This document shows, one piece after another, positions 1 to 12,902 of a stretch of 64,000 nt of DNA; position 1 is the first letter of the stretch, and every line of letters begins with the position of its first letter. The stretch is taken from positions 55,552,001-55,616,000 of the forward strand of contig OX597825.1 in NCBI GenBank assembly GCA_951406725.2, read 5' to 3'. A program made the translations under genes and the position numbers. The notes beneath the pieces were generated by a model, which saw nothing but the letters and a program-made list of their open reading frames with translations, ran no database searches and had not been told where the DNA came from. Source of the DNA: Octopus vulgaris (Eukaryota).

Positions 1-410
1 CCCCATCACCACCTTTGTTAACAAACTCGCCACCATCACAGCTTCTGTGTCCACTGCCACAATACCAATACCACCACGACCACCACCAACGCAGTACACC
101 CACACAACTCCACATTCATACAACATCACATCGATGCAACATTCCACCTCACCATTACCAATAAAACAATGAACATTCTAGCAAGATAAATGGAATATGT
201 TGAAAAGTTATTTCCACATTAAGTATTAGCAATAACCTCATTAAATATAAATATGACCAGTGTGAGCAATGAGTGCTACAGTCTCTCTCTCTCTCTCTCT
301 CTTTCGCTCTCTCCTGAAATATAAATTTGACCAGCGTGAGTAGCTTGTTCTTTTGAGCTTCTCTCTTCTTTCTCTCTTTCTTACTCTCCCTCTCTATGTC
401 TCTTTCTGTC

Positions 411-441
<31 letters not shown>

Positions 442-1477
442 TCTATAATTATATATATATCTGTGTGTGTATATATATGTGCATGCATGTGTGTGTATAT
501 ATGTATGTGCATGCATGAGTGTGTATGTGTGTGTGTGCGGGTATGCACATGATGTCTGAGTAAGACGCATTCCATCAAAGCTGCTCTCTACTAAAGTAAT
601 GATAGCTTTATATCTTTACAAACACACACACACACATACATGCATGCATATATACACAAACACATACATGCACACATGGAGGGAAACAGACTGAAGATAT
701 ATAAATAGATAAATGGATAAAAAGATAGATAGATTGATAGACTGTCTATATTATAAACACAATATCTAGGTACGTATACATAAGTTAAGTGAATCTGTGT
801 GCATGTATGCACACACACACACATATATATATGTATACACATGCATATATATATATATATATACATAGACACACACACACACACATATATATATATATGT
901 ATGTATGTATATATATATACACACACCAACATACATCATATATATGTACATGTGTGCATGTACATATATATATATATATATATGTATGTATATGTATGTA
1001 TATGTCTATATATATATAAATATGCATATACCACACAGATATATATTCACACATATACACACACATACATATATTCACACATATACACACACATACATAC
1101 ATACATACACACACACAGACATATATATATATATATATATATACATTCACACACTTATGTATGTATAATGTATGAATGTTAGGAAAAAAATCAATAGTAA
1201 ATATTTTAAACTATTTGAAACTGCTCAGCTGCCATTAATAGTGAGATGTGTAAGCTAGGAGCACACTGATGTTGGTGATGGTGTGGTGGTAGTGTTGGTG
1301 GTGGTGGTGGTGATGGCAGTAATGGTGGTATTTTAGAGAAATGTTGCTTCTTCTGCTACTGTTGTTGTTGTTGTGGCTGTTGCAGTTGTTGTTGTTGTTG
1401 TTGTTGCAGCTATTGCTTTTGTTATTGCCTTCGTTGTTGTCATAGTTGTTGTTGAAGCACTCACAGCTTCTTCTATC

Positions 1478-1706
<229 letters not shown>

Positions 1707-1827
1707 GAGTAGTAGTATTATTGCTGTTGTTGCTGTTGTTGTTGTTGTCGTTTGTGGTGGTTGTAGACTGCGGGGTCTTTTGTTACGGAATGTTGTACTA
1801 ACAACGTTTCACTTGCAACACACACAT

Positions 1828-1873
<46 letters not shown>

Positions 1874-1958
1874 ATGCGCTCACACACACTGTTGTAGAAC
1901 GGCAGGAATTAGTAGCAATATCGCTGCGAATGCCATTATTGCTTCTTCTTCCTTTCTC

Positions 1959-1997
<39 letters not shown>

Positions 1998-2595
1998 AAC
2001 CCTGTCTTTTTCTCTCTCTTACTTTCTCTCACTCTCTCAATCTCTCTGTCTATTTTATATTTACTCTGACCTTCCCTCTCCACTTTTCTCTTTTCACCCT
2101 CTCCTTTCATCCTACACTTCTCTCTCCTCTCCTTCCATCCTACACTTCTCTCTCCTCTCCTTCTCACCTCTCCTCCCCCTCTCACCGTCTCTTTACCACT
2201 TCCTTCTACTTCCTTACTCTCTCTCTTTCTTTCACTGTCTGTAGTGTTTACTCTTACTCTTTCTTCCAACTCTCCTTGTCCCCTCTCTGCTTCTCTCTTT
2301 CTCTGTCTACTATTTCATCTTATTCTTCTCTCTAATCCACCCTCCACTCTCTGTCTTTTTCTCTCCTCTGATTCCTTTCCTCTTTATTGCTTTCTGTCTG
2401 TCTACCTCGAGAATTTACCCTCTCTTATTACTCTTTCTTCCTCTCTCTCTCTTTCTCTACTCCCCACTACCTCTCTCTGTTTCTATCTGTATATCTATCT
2501 CTACTACTTACTCTTACTCTTTCCCTCCATTTTCCATGTTCTGTGATTAAATCCCAAACCAAGGATTTAATTCTTACTGTAATCCTTTCAAAATA

Positions 2596-2739
2596 TCATT
2601 GACATAATTTGATGGAATGTGTACCAGTAATATACTGGGGAAAAAAGGGGAAGCCTTGGGGGTAATAATCCTCCACAATAATTACAAACACAACCACTAG
2701 GCATAAGACAATAATACAACTTATAAAGAAACATTTCAT
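2596..2739 (-). other. Candidate exon / 47-aa small ORF MKCFFISCIIVLCLVVVFVIIVEDYYPQGFPFFPQYITGTHSIKLCQ
   Basis: Non-repetitive island; minus-strand acceptor tttttctag|cag|ATG (2742/2739) and donor ACA|GTAAGA at 2578; hydrophobic N-terminus; no recognisable homology. Confidence 0.2.
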
Positions 2740-2904
2740 CTGCTAGAAAAAGCAGTAAAATATACCTCAAATCGCAGAGTATTATCTTCAAAAATGAAAT
2801 TACACATTGGAGAACATAAAATTATAGACAGTTTGTCGTTGAAACATTGAATGAGGTGTTCACAGCTAGGACATTAATATATGTTTAGTTATGACTATGT
2901 ATAT

Positions 2905-3069
2905 GGAGTGGTGGGCGTTAGAAAGGGCATCCAGCTGTAGAAACTCTGCCAGATCAGATTGGAGCATAGTGCAGCCATCTGGCTTGCCAGTTCTCAGTCA
3001 AACTGTCCAACCCATGCCACCATGGAAAGCAGACATTAAACAATGATGATGATGATGATGATGATGATG
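2905..3069 (+). mobile_element. 5'-truncated RTE-type LINE 3' end (family C, (GAT)n tail)
   Basis: ggcgttagaaagggcatccagctgtagaaac...ccaacccatgcc...cattaaacaatgatgatgat; same sequence recurs many times in the window. Confidence 0.8.
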
Positions 3070-3124
3070 ATACATTCATATATATTTATAAATATATATA
3101 TGTATGTATGTATAAATGTATATA

Positions 3125-3177
<53 letters not shown>

Positions 3178-3179
<2 letters not shown>

Positions 3180-3324
3180 ATCATCATCATCATCGTTTAA
3201 TGTTCACTTTCCATTCTGGCATAGGTTGGATGGTTTGGCTGAGGACTGGCAAGGCAGGAGACTGCACCAGGCTCCAATTTGGTGCAGTCTACTGGCTTGC
3301 CAGCCCTCAGTCAAACCGTCCAAC
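3178..3324 (-). mobile_element. Family C fragment with internal fold-back inversion
   Basis: Minus-strand tail (catcatcatcgtttaatg) followed by a 45-bp inverted duplication (3225-3269 vs 3280-3324). Confidence 0.75.
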
Positions 3325-3399
3325 ACATACTAACATGTGTGTGTGTGTATGTATGCATGTGCATATACAGATATGTGTGTGTGTGTGTGTGTGCGTATA

Positions 3400-3902
3400 C
3401 AGGGTGCAGTGAACAAACTGTCATCTAAATTACACAAAATTAAAAAAAAACATTGCCATTTCATTTTAACACACATATTTACCAAAATTACATAAAAATA
3501 TCTTGAAATACTTCTGGACAGTCTCCTTGTTTAAGTTGGTGAATGCTGCCATAATCTTCACCTTCAGTTCATCTTTGGTGTTACAAGGGGTTTTATTGGT
3601 CTCTTGCACAGCTGTGCCTCACACATAATAATCGAGGGAGTTGCAGTTTGGAGAGTTAGGTGGCCAGATGTTAGGGGTGATGTGGTCACAGAAATTGTCT
3701 GACGGCCATGACTAGGTTCTCCTGCATTTGTAGCTTGGTGCAGAGACCTCTTGACCCAGAGCAGCACTACCTCTTCCAAGCACTTGATGTCTGACAGCCA
3801 TAACTGGGTTCTCCTGCTTGTGTAGCAGGGTGCAAGGACCTGTTGACCCATGGCAGCACTACCTCCTCCAGGCACTTGATGTAAGCCTCAATGTTGAGTG
3901 AG
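3400..3902 (-). mobile_element. Tc1/mariner maT (DD37D)-type transposon, 3' remnant
   Basis: TA|CAGGGTG terminus at 3400; minus strand encodes LNIEAYIKCLEEVVLPW...CYTSRRTQLWLSD, homologous to the element at 38048-38925; 92-bp tandem duplication at 3696-3879. Confidence 0.85.
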
Positions 3903-4642
3903 AGAATGTCGACTACTAAACCCTTAGTGCCCCAAGAAAGCACATTTTCATATACCACATATATACATATAGATAGATAAAAAGATAGATAAATAGATAA
4001 ATAAAAAGAAAGAAAGATTGATCAATAGACAGACAGACAAACAAACAGATGGATGGACAGACGGAAGGATGCACAGATGGACAGCTGGAAGGATGCATAA
4101 ATGGATGGACAGACGGATGGACAGATGGATGGACAGATGGATGGACAGACAGATGGACAAATAGACGGACAGTGAAGAAGTTTGGTAATGTTTATAATGC
4201 TTGGAAAAAGCAACAGGAAGCATACAGTAAAATTGCCATAGGAGTAGAGTATTGAATGTCTCAGACAGTCTTCCTTCAGAGTTAAGGGGACAAAAGGTGA
4301 AAAAAGGAAAGACAGTAGAGATTTACATCCTGTATGTTTGAGCAGGTTTCCATCTACCAAATTCCATTCACAGAGTATTGGTCAGCATGAAGCTATGGCA
4401 GAAGCTTTGTCAAAAGGCCAATTATTATAATCAAAGCTAACTTCCTTTCTATACACACAAGCTTGTATGTAACAAACCATTGAAATACTCTTCCCCAACC
4501 TACAAAACCTCCATAAAATGCCCTTAACCCTTCTGATACCAGTCTGTCTGTTATCACCCTTAGTTTTGTAATGCAACCTCCCTGTTTTGTACTGATCTAA
4601 ATTAAAACCTCTCATCTCAGTTTTCTGTTAATCTACATTTAA

Positions 4643-4863
4643 CCCTTTAATGTTCAGATTACTCTGTTAATTGTAATGCTTTTTCGCTCAAATTGTTTTG
4701 AATTAATCATGCATTATCTTATAGCTTTGAGGTTTCAATGATGTGAATATTTATTTTTAGAATGTCAATGTAGGTTAGGTGTGAGAGGTTAGATATGGCT
4801 AGTTCAAATATAAAACATGTAGAATATTTTGGGCTGGATGTGGCCGGATTAAACACTAAAGGG
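4643..4863. mobile_element. piggyBac-type MITE (family P1)
   Basis: TTAA|CCCTTTAATG ... CACTAAAGGG|TTAA: TTAA target duplication and CCCTTT terminal inverted repeats; second copy in opposite orientation at 18110-18328. Confidence 0.85.
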
Positions 4864-4884
4864 TTAAAACATAAGCTTTATAAC

Positions 4885-5128
4885 GGTTTTAAATTTTGGC
4901 AGAAGGCCAGCAATTTCAGGAAGGGGCTAAGTTGATTACATTGAAACCAGTGCTCAAGTGGTACTTATTTGATCAACCCCAGAAGGATGAAAGGCAAAGT
5001 TGACCTTAGCAGGGCTTGAACTCAGAACGTAAAGATGGACAAAATGCCACAAAGCAGTTTCCTTAGCATGCTATCAATTCTGCCAGCTCGCTGCCTTAAT
5101 AATGATAATAATAATAATAATAATAATG

Positions 5129-5192
<64 letters not shown>

Positions 5193-5451
5193 TAATAATA
5201 ATAATAATGGTTTCAAATTTTGCCACAAGGGCAGCCATGTTTTTGGGTTGGGACTGTGTCAATTACATTAAACCAAATGTTCCACTTGTACTTAATTTAT
5301 TGACCCTGAAAGAATGAAAGGTAAGCTTGACTTTGGTGGCATTTGACCTCAGAGCATAGCGATGAGCGACATGCCACTAAGCACTTAGCCAAGCATGCTA
5401 ACAAGTTTGCCTGCTCGCAACCTTAATAATAACAATAATAATAATAATAAT

Positions 5452-5501
<50 letters not shown>

Positions 5502-5735
5502 TAATGATAATAATACTTTCTACTATAGGTATAAGGCCTGACATTTGGCGGGGAGGGGGGTCAGTCGATTACATTGACCCCAGTACTCAACTGGTATTTA
5601 TTTCATTGACACCAAAAAGATGAAAGGCAAAGTCAGCCTCAGCAGAATTTGAGCTCAAAATGTAAAGACTGACAAAATGCTTTGGACAAAATGTTTAGTG
5701 GCATTTTGTCCAGCTAACAATTCTATCAGCTTAAT
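4885..5735 (-). mobile_element. Three tandem tRNA-derived SINEs with Nin/Deu-like domain (family B) separated by (AAT)n
   Basis: Copies ~4885-5097, 5209-5425, 5517-5735; minus strand has A-box-like TGGCAGAATTG, B-box GAGTTCAAGCC and gtcaactttgcctttcatccttctggggttgatcaaataagtacc, resembling the Nin/Deu SINE domain. Confidence 0.85.
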
Positions 5736-6039
5736 AATGACATATATTTTAATAAATACTTCATTATTTTCAAAAATTAATTAAAACAGTGGCAGTGTAT
5801 TTCAACAGATATATGGTAACAAGAGGGTTAAATTCATGATCTTGAACTGATGACGGACATTGATTTTTGACAAAATAGCCAACAGCGGGTTGACAGGCAC
5901 AGTAGTACAATGCAGTGGTTAAAAAGGATTTAGTTTTATTTTCTCTACATTGTGAGTTCAAATCCCAGAAGAGTCAAGTCCAGTTGCTCATTTTCCCTGG
6001 GCACCAATATAATTCCTGTATATATCTTTTATCTTTTAT

Positions 6040-6415
6040 TTTTTACTTGTTTTAGTCATTTGAGTGTGGCCATACTGGGGCACTGAGAATTTTTAGTCAA
6101 ACAAATCGACTCCAGGACTTATTCCTTGTAAGCCTAGTACTTATGTTATCAGTTTCATCTACCAAACTGCTACATTATGGGGGTGTAAACACAACAACAC
6201 CAGTTGTCAAGTGTTGGTAAAGGACAAACACAGATACAAAGACATACACAAAGATATATATATATATATTTTACAAGCTTCTTTCAGTTTCCTTCAACCA
6301 AATCCACTCACAAGGCTTTGGTTGGCCCAAGGTTATAGTAGAAGACACTTGCCTAAGATGCCACATAGTGGGACTGAACCCACTGAGAAGCAAGCTTGTT
6401 ATCATACAACCACAC
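6040..6415 (-). mobile_element. tRNA-derived CORE-like SINE (family A)
   Basis: Reverse complement of the family A sequence (see 28133-28570). Confidence 0.85.
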
Positions 6416-6849
6416 CGTGTGTGTGTGCATGTGTGTGCATGTGTGCATGTTTGTGTGCATGTATGTGTGTGTGTGTGTGTGATTTAATTATTTCAGTTAC
6501 ATATGTACATGTATCTTTTCGTCTTGTGCATAAAAGTAATTGGTGCACATTTTCAGTCTTTTGCAAGAGCATGTGTAAAGTAGACATGACATAGAAACAT
6601 GACTAAATCTTACAGTTCTATGATTCAAAAGATATCAGATAAGTTGAAATAGAAAAACATGGAGCTCTGCTGCAAAATCTGTGAAACTGGATAAGTGTTT
6701 AAAAATATTTAAATAAAATATCTAAATGTATCACAGAACAAAAACAGTCTGAAAGATTGCGTTAAGATACATGGTGTATTTTATAAATATGTCTGTTCAA
6801 GTATCATAATAGCATGAAACTATTAGAAGCTATTTTAGTTTTGTATATA

Positions 6850-6902
<53 letters not shown>

Positions 6903-6910
6903 AGATAAAA

Positions 6911-6949
<39 letters not shown>

Positions 6950-6960
6950 TTCTAGTCGTA

Positions 6961-6998
<38 letters not shown>

Positions 6999-7248
6999 CC
7001 ATGGATGGAATTTATAAATATTTTGATGCATTTCATAAATTACATCCATGGATTATTATTTTCATTATTACTATATTTATCCTACATTATGTCGGCATAG
7101 CTTGGTACAATCCCCCCAAAACTGGTATTGGCAGCTTGCATCATTAGGCAGTAGTCACCATATTAAAATAGGAACATTTATACGCAAATTCAAAAACATT
7201 TTGCTTAAATGAACTTAAAGAACATATATATTACATATATATATCAAA

Positions 7249-7671
7249 ATTTGCATTAGTTGAAATATGTGACAAACATATTTCAACTAGCCTAATTTGG
7301 GATTATACGTAAACACTGCTTAGCACTTTTACTCCGATATTTTTCTCGATTGGGTGATCTACTAGTGCAAATCAATGTGTTGGCTGAATTATATATAAAG
7401 CAATAAGCTTTGTCAGTTTGTTCAGGGTTGCCCCTCTCAGGTACATCTGATCGACAAGGATCAATAAACTTGAAACATCGCTGTCTCAGATTCCCAAGAG
7501 AGGTCAACACTGAACAAACAGACTGTTTTCACACCTTTTTACCATAAGAGAGAATTTTTCTCCATGGTAACTGCAGTGTATTTGCCTTTAGCAGTTGAAA
7601 TATGTGACAGACATTTTTTAACTAACCTAAATTGTGATTATATGTAAACACTGCTTCGCATTTACCCCGAA

Positions 7672-7672
<1 letters not shown>
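7249..7672 (+). mobile_element. Penelope/retrozyme-like unit: ~335-bp monomer with ~90-bp direct repeats and a decayed hammerhead
   Basis: gttgaaatatgtgaca...gtaaacactgctt repeated at 7259 and 7594; imperfect ~38-bp stem (7412-7450 / 7486-7523) enclosing tcgacaa-gg...ctt-GAAAC-atcgct-GTC; flanked by TA tracts. Confidence 0.5.
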
Positions 7673-7711
<39 letters not shown>

Positions 7712-7712
<1 letters not shown>

Positions 7713-8130
7713 AGGCGTGGCTCTGTGGTAAGTAGCTTGCTTACCAACCACATGGTTCTGGGTTCAGTCCTACTGCGTGGCATCTTGGGCAAGTGTCTTC
7801 TACTATAGCCTCAGGCTGACCAGAGCCTTTTGAGTGGATTTGGTAGACAGAAATTGAAAGAAGCCTGTCGTATATATATACATAAATATGTATGTATATA
7901 TATGTGTGTGTTTGTTTGTGTGTCTGCGTTTGACCCCCCCAACATCGCTTGACAACCAATGGTGGTGTGCTTACATCCCAGTAACTTAGCAGTTCGGCAA
8001 ATAGTCCAATAGAATAAGTACTAGGCTTACAAAGAATAAGTTCTGGGGTCAATGTGTTCGACTAAAGGCAGTGCTCCAGCATGGCTACAGTCAATTGACT
8101 GATACAAATAAAAGGTAAAAGCTAAAAAAG
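7712..8130 (+). mobile_element. CORE-like SINE family A, full length
   Basis: tRNA-like head (gtggctctgtggtaag; ggttcagtcc), cttgggcaagtgtctt core, central TA/TG microsatellite, gtgctccagcatggc tail. Confidence 0.9.
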
Positions 8131-8973
8131 GAAAAATATATATACATACTCTCTCACACACACACAATCACACATGGACATTTTCTAGCCACCATCCTGG
8201 TTTCCACTGTAGGTATGTATATGTATGTACAGACTTGAATGTGAATAATATACCAAACACAAGCTGCTTACTGTGGTCATTCACCTGACTAACAGGTGAA
8301 ACTCTCCCCACCTGAATCTGACCACTAGTATTACCTTTCTTCTCCATCGTATCCTCTTTCAATCTTCAACTCCACTCTTTTAGAAATCTCTTCCTTTCTC
8401 TCCTCAAACACTTCCATTCCATGCCTATACCACAACTAATTACTTGCCATTTCCTGTCATCCTCTAATTTGTCCATTGATTAAAGACAATGCAAAACATT
8501 TCTCACTCCCTGAGGAAGGTCTTTGTTGAAACATTACTAATTTACCCAGCAGTGGCATACTAACTTCAGAAACATAACTCCCTACATGTGTGTGTATGTG
8601 TGTGTGTGTGTGTGTTACCATTCTCTTTAGAAATGTCCTATAAATTTTACACAGCTTTGGCGTTGTTGTCTCATTTTATTTAACATATATATATGCTCAC
8701 ACAAGACCTGCATTAGACTCCTCACGCGTATTATTATCAAACCGAAAGTCTAACTACTGTCCTCCCATAGATCTTACATAGCCTTATCTACTATCATGGG
8801 TCTTCTGGATACCAATACCTCTCATATTTATACACACACACATATGTGTATATATATGTGTGTGTGTGCAACTAGTGACAATTATAGTTTTCCTTTTTGG
8901 TAAAACATTGCAAACTGCCGTATATTTCAATTTTATATGTATATATATATATGTATGTATGTTTGTATGTATG

Positions 8974-9078
<105 letters not shown>

Positions 9079-9289
9079 GGATATCTATATTTTTGCTCCA
9101 TCTATACCGGATGTCGCTTCTCCCACCACCATTATAGGTGTCTACTCTTCGAACCCCCCCTCTTCAATACGCTATTTCACCATGCATTACCCCTCTCTCG
9201 ATATCCTACGTTCTACTTGCCTAGAACCTGTCATCATTTCTCTGAACCACCCCTCCCCACTGGTGCTCCCCTATATTTCTGCACCCCCC

Positions 9290-9536
9290 CCACATAAAAA
9301 GCACCATCCGAACGTGGCCGATGCCAGACCCTTCCGGCACCTGTGCAGGTGGCACGTAAAAAACACCCACTACACTCGCGGAGTGGTTGGCGTTAGGAAG
9401 GGCATCCAGCTGTAGAAACATTGCCAGACTAGACTGGAGCCTGGGGCAGTCCCGAGCTCCCCAGACCCCGGTCGAAACCGTCCAACCCGTGCTAGCGCGG
9501 AAAACGGACGTTAAACGATGATGATGATGATGATGA

Positions 9537-9540
<4 letters not shown>
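9290..9540 (+). mobile_element. RTE LINE 3' end (family C), CpG-rich young copy
   Basis: ggttggcgttaggaagggcatccagctgtag...ggacgttaaacgatgatgatg. Confidence 0.85.
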
Positions 9541-9582
<42 letters not shown>

Positions 9583-9594
9583 TCTTTATTTTTT

Positions 9595-9803
9595 TATTCT
9601 CTTACTTGTTTCAGTCATTTGACTGTGGCCATACTGGAGCTCCACCTCGAAGGATTTTTTTTAGCCAAACAAATCAACCTCAACTTATTTCTTAAGACTG
9701 GTACTTATTCTATTGATCGCTTTTGCTGAACTGCTAAGTTACGGAGATGTAAACACACCAACATTAGTTGCCAGTTGGTGATGGGGGGATCAAACACAGG
9801 CAT

Positions 9804-9844
<41 letters not shown>

Positions 9845-10005
9845 TACACACACACACGCACACACGCACACACACGCACGCACACACACAAGACTTTGGT
9901 TGGCTTGAGGCTATAGTAGAAGACACTTGCCCAAGTTGCCATGCAGTGGGAATGAACCTGGAACCATGCTGTTGGGAAACGAGCTTCCTACCACACAGCC
10001 ATGCC
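9595..10005 (-). mobile_element. CORE-like SINE family A
   Basis: cttgtttcagtcatttgactgtggcc ... agaagacacttgcccaag ... ccacacagcca. Confidence 0.85.
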
Positions 10006-11913
10006 TTATATATATATATGTATGTATGTATACACACACACACACAAATAAATACTCTCTTATTAAAAAATAAGTAGTGGGGTTGAGTTGTCAGACTAAA
10101 ATCCTTCAAGTGATGCCCCAGCATGGCCACAGTGCAGAGACTGAAACAATTAAAAAGATATATATATATATATATATATATTAAGGACACATATGTCTGT
10201 GGTGTACTCAGCCACTCACACATTAATTTCACAAGCAGCCTGTTCCGTTGATTGGCTTAACTGGAACCCTTGTCATTGTAACCAATGGAGTTCCAGTATT
10301 AGTAGTGGTTGATTTGCTGTAGTAGTAGTAGTAGTATTGTTATGGTGGTGGTATATGTGGTTGCAGTAGCAGTTGTGTATGTGTTGGTGATTATGTTAGT
10401 GTACGTGGTGGTGGTAGTGGTGGTATTAGTTGTCGTGGTGTATGTGTTGGCTGTAGTTATGGTGTGTCAACGGTAGTGGGGGTGTTGGTAGTAGTGGTGG
10501 TGACGATGTTAGTAGTTGTAGTAGTAGTAGTAGTAGTGGTAGTAATAGTAGTAGTAGTAGTAGTAGTATTGTTGTGCATATTGGATGTAGTGGTGATATG
10601 TTGGTGGTAGTGGTGCCATTTCTATGGAGTGTGTGTGTGTGTGTTGGAGGTAGTATAGTTACATGTAGTGTTGGTGTCTTGATTGCACTGGTGATGTATG
10701 TATAATGGTAGCATGTTTGTGTTGGTGGTAGTGATGCGGTGTATACAGGTTGTATTGGAGGTATTGGGGGGTGTGTGTTTGTGTGTGTGTGAGAGAGAGA
10801 GAGGAAGAGAGAGAGAGAGAGAGAGAGAGTGTGTGTGTGTGTGTGTGTTGGCTGTAGTAGCTGTGCATATGTTGTGTGTTGTGTTGGTTGTAGTGGTGAT
10901 GGTGTTGCGTATAATGTTAATGAGAGAGCAACACTTTGTTGTTTCTGAAGATGAAAATATTTCAGAGAGATGACAAAGAGGGATTTTGACATCATCTTTT
11001 GATGTCCTTTCTTGTTGTTATTGTTGCTGCTGCTGCTGCCTATGATGATGATAATGATGACATTCTTTGTTGTTGTTGTTGCTGTTGTTGTATGCTACAC
11101 TATGTAATGTTATGTTAACAATTAACTGGTTCAGTGCTATCAAATATCATAGAGTGTTCTACTTTCACAATTAGATATTGAAGTGTGTTGGTAATACAGA
11201 TGGTGTTTGTGTTATTGGTAATGTTGATATAGTTATTATTGGTTTTGTTGTTGCCATTGCTGCTGTTGTCCCTTTATAACGAGGGTGCTGGGGTTTATGG
11301 TGGTGATTCACAATATAATGCCATATTATCCTTCAGTACTTGAACCCTCAACTCTTGATCATGTCGTAGGGGCTCCGTCATTGCATTCAACATATCTTAC
11401 GCATTTTACAACCTAACAGAAACCTTTGCTCTCCTTACATCAAAGATTCCTGAGAAGAAAAGAGAGAGAAAGCGAAGGGTTGATTCTAGCACTACACTTA
11501 TAATTTATTTATAGAACCCCAAAAAATGAAAATAAAATAAAAAAAAAAAGCAAAATTGTTTCAAGTGAGATTTGAACTCCGATCCAGGAGGCAGACAGCT
11601 GGAACAAATATTGCAACTACAGTAACTGATGTTTGCAACGCTCCAATGACTCTGTAAATTCTCCGCCTTTAATGTAATGTTATGCCAATATCTAGTTACC
11701 TCTGAAGGTTAGTTAGTACAGTAGGGTTAATATAGTAAATACTGTTAGTTGAGTTAGTTATTATAACTGACACTTCATAGCTGCAACTGTTGGTGTGTGC
11801 GTAGCAGCTGGTGGTGGTTTTTACAAGTCTAAATGTTAAATATATCATTGTATCACGTAAATCATTTATAACTTTATATGTGTGTGCATGTATGTTGTGC
11901 ATGTATGCGTGTG

Positions 11914-11988
<75 letters not shown>

Positions 11989-12039
11989 ATTGGTGAATTG
12001 AAGAAATGGAGCTGAACGCAGATTGAACAGAAATCATTT

Positions 12040-12133
12040 TATTTCATTCTACATGTGTTTCGAAAGGCACAAATTACCAAAATCCGATTGAATAATGGGA
12101 CCATATTGTGTCTTTCTCTTCAGGAAGAAAATA
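12040..12133 (-). ncRNA. Type I hammerhead ribozyme (left arm)
   Basis: Minus strand reads tattttcttc-CTGAAGA-gaaagacacaa...ttgtgcctttc-GAAA-cacatg-TA-gaatgaaata. Confidence 0.8.
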
Positions 12134-12808
12134 GGAAATCCATTGGAAAAACAAAAACAGAACAGAGGCGGAGCAAAAACAAATCGAACTATGCTCCTAA
12201 GAGCCCATGGCGAAACTGTTTATCAGTGTATGTTGAGAACCAGTGGCTGAAGAATTTAACGGGTCAGGCATCGGTCAATCATGTGGGTGAGAGTGTGTGG
12301 GTGTTCTTTGTGACCGAGAATAAAGTTCTGACTATTTAACGAATATTGGATGTTTTATAAGGGGCGAGAAAAAATCTACTTAGAGACGTGTGTGTGTGTG
12401 TATACTGTTCTATATATGTGTGTGTTGGCGTAGGGGTAGAAAACATTTTTTGTGTACGTGTGTGCACACACATATATAGAACAGTATACACACACACACA
12501 CATATATAGAACAGTATACACACACACACACATATATAGAACAGTATACACACACACACACGTCTCTAAGTAGATTTTTTCTCGCCCCTTATAAAACATC
12601 CAATATTCCTTAAATAGTCAGAACTTTATTCTCGGTCACAAAGAACACCCACACACCCTCACCCACATGATTGACCGATGCCTGACCCGTTAAATTCTTC
12701 ATGGTTCTCAACATACACTGATAAACAGTTTCGCCATGGGCTCTTAGGAGCATAGTTCGATTTGTTTTTGCTCCGCTCTGTTCTGTTTTTGTTTTTCCAA
12801 TGGATTTC

Positions 12809-12902
12809 TATTTTCTTCCTGAAGAGAAAGACACAATATGGTCCCATTATTCAATCGGATTTTGGTAATTTGTGCCTTTCGAAACACGTGTAGAATGAAA
12901 TA
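12809..12902 (+). ncRNA. Type I hammerhead ribozyme (right arm)
   Basis: Stem I tattttcttc/gaatgaaata; core CTGAAGA at 12819-12825; stem II gaaagacacaa/ttgtgcctttc; GAAA at 12881-12884; palindromic mini stem III cacgtg; GUA triplet with predicted cut after 12892. Confidence 0.85.

Noticed and set aside
12465-12560. Regularly spaced 30-bp repeats (also 35945-36185 and 60770-60930) as a CRISPR-like array
   Set aside because: Head-to-tail minisatellites with no unique spacers, in eukaryotic context with no cas genes.
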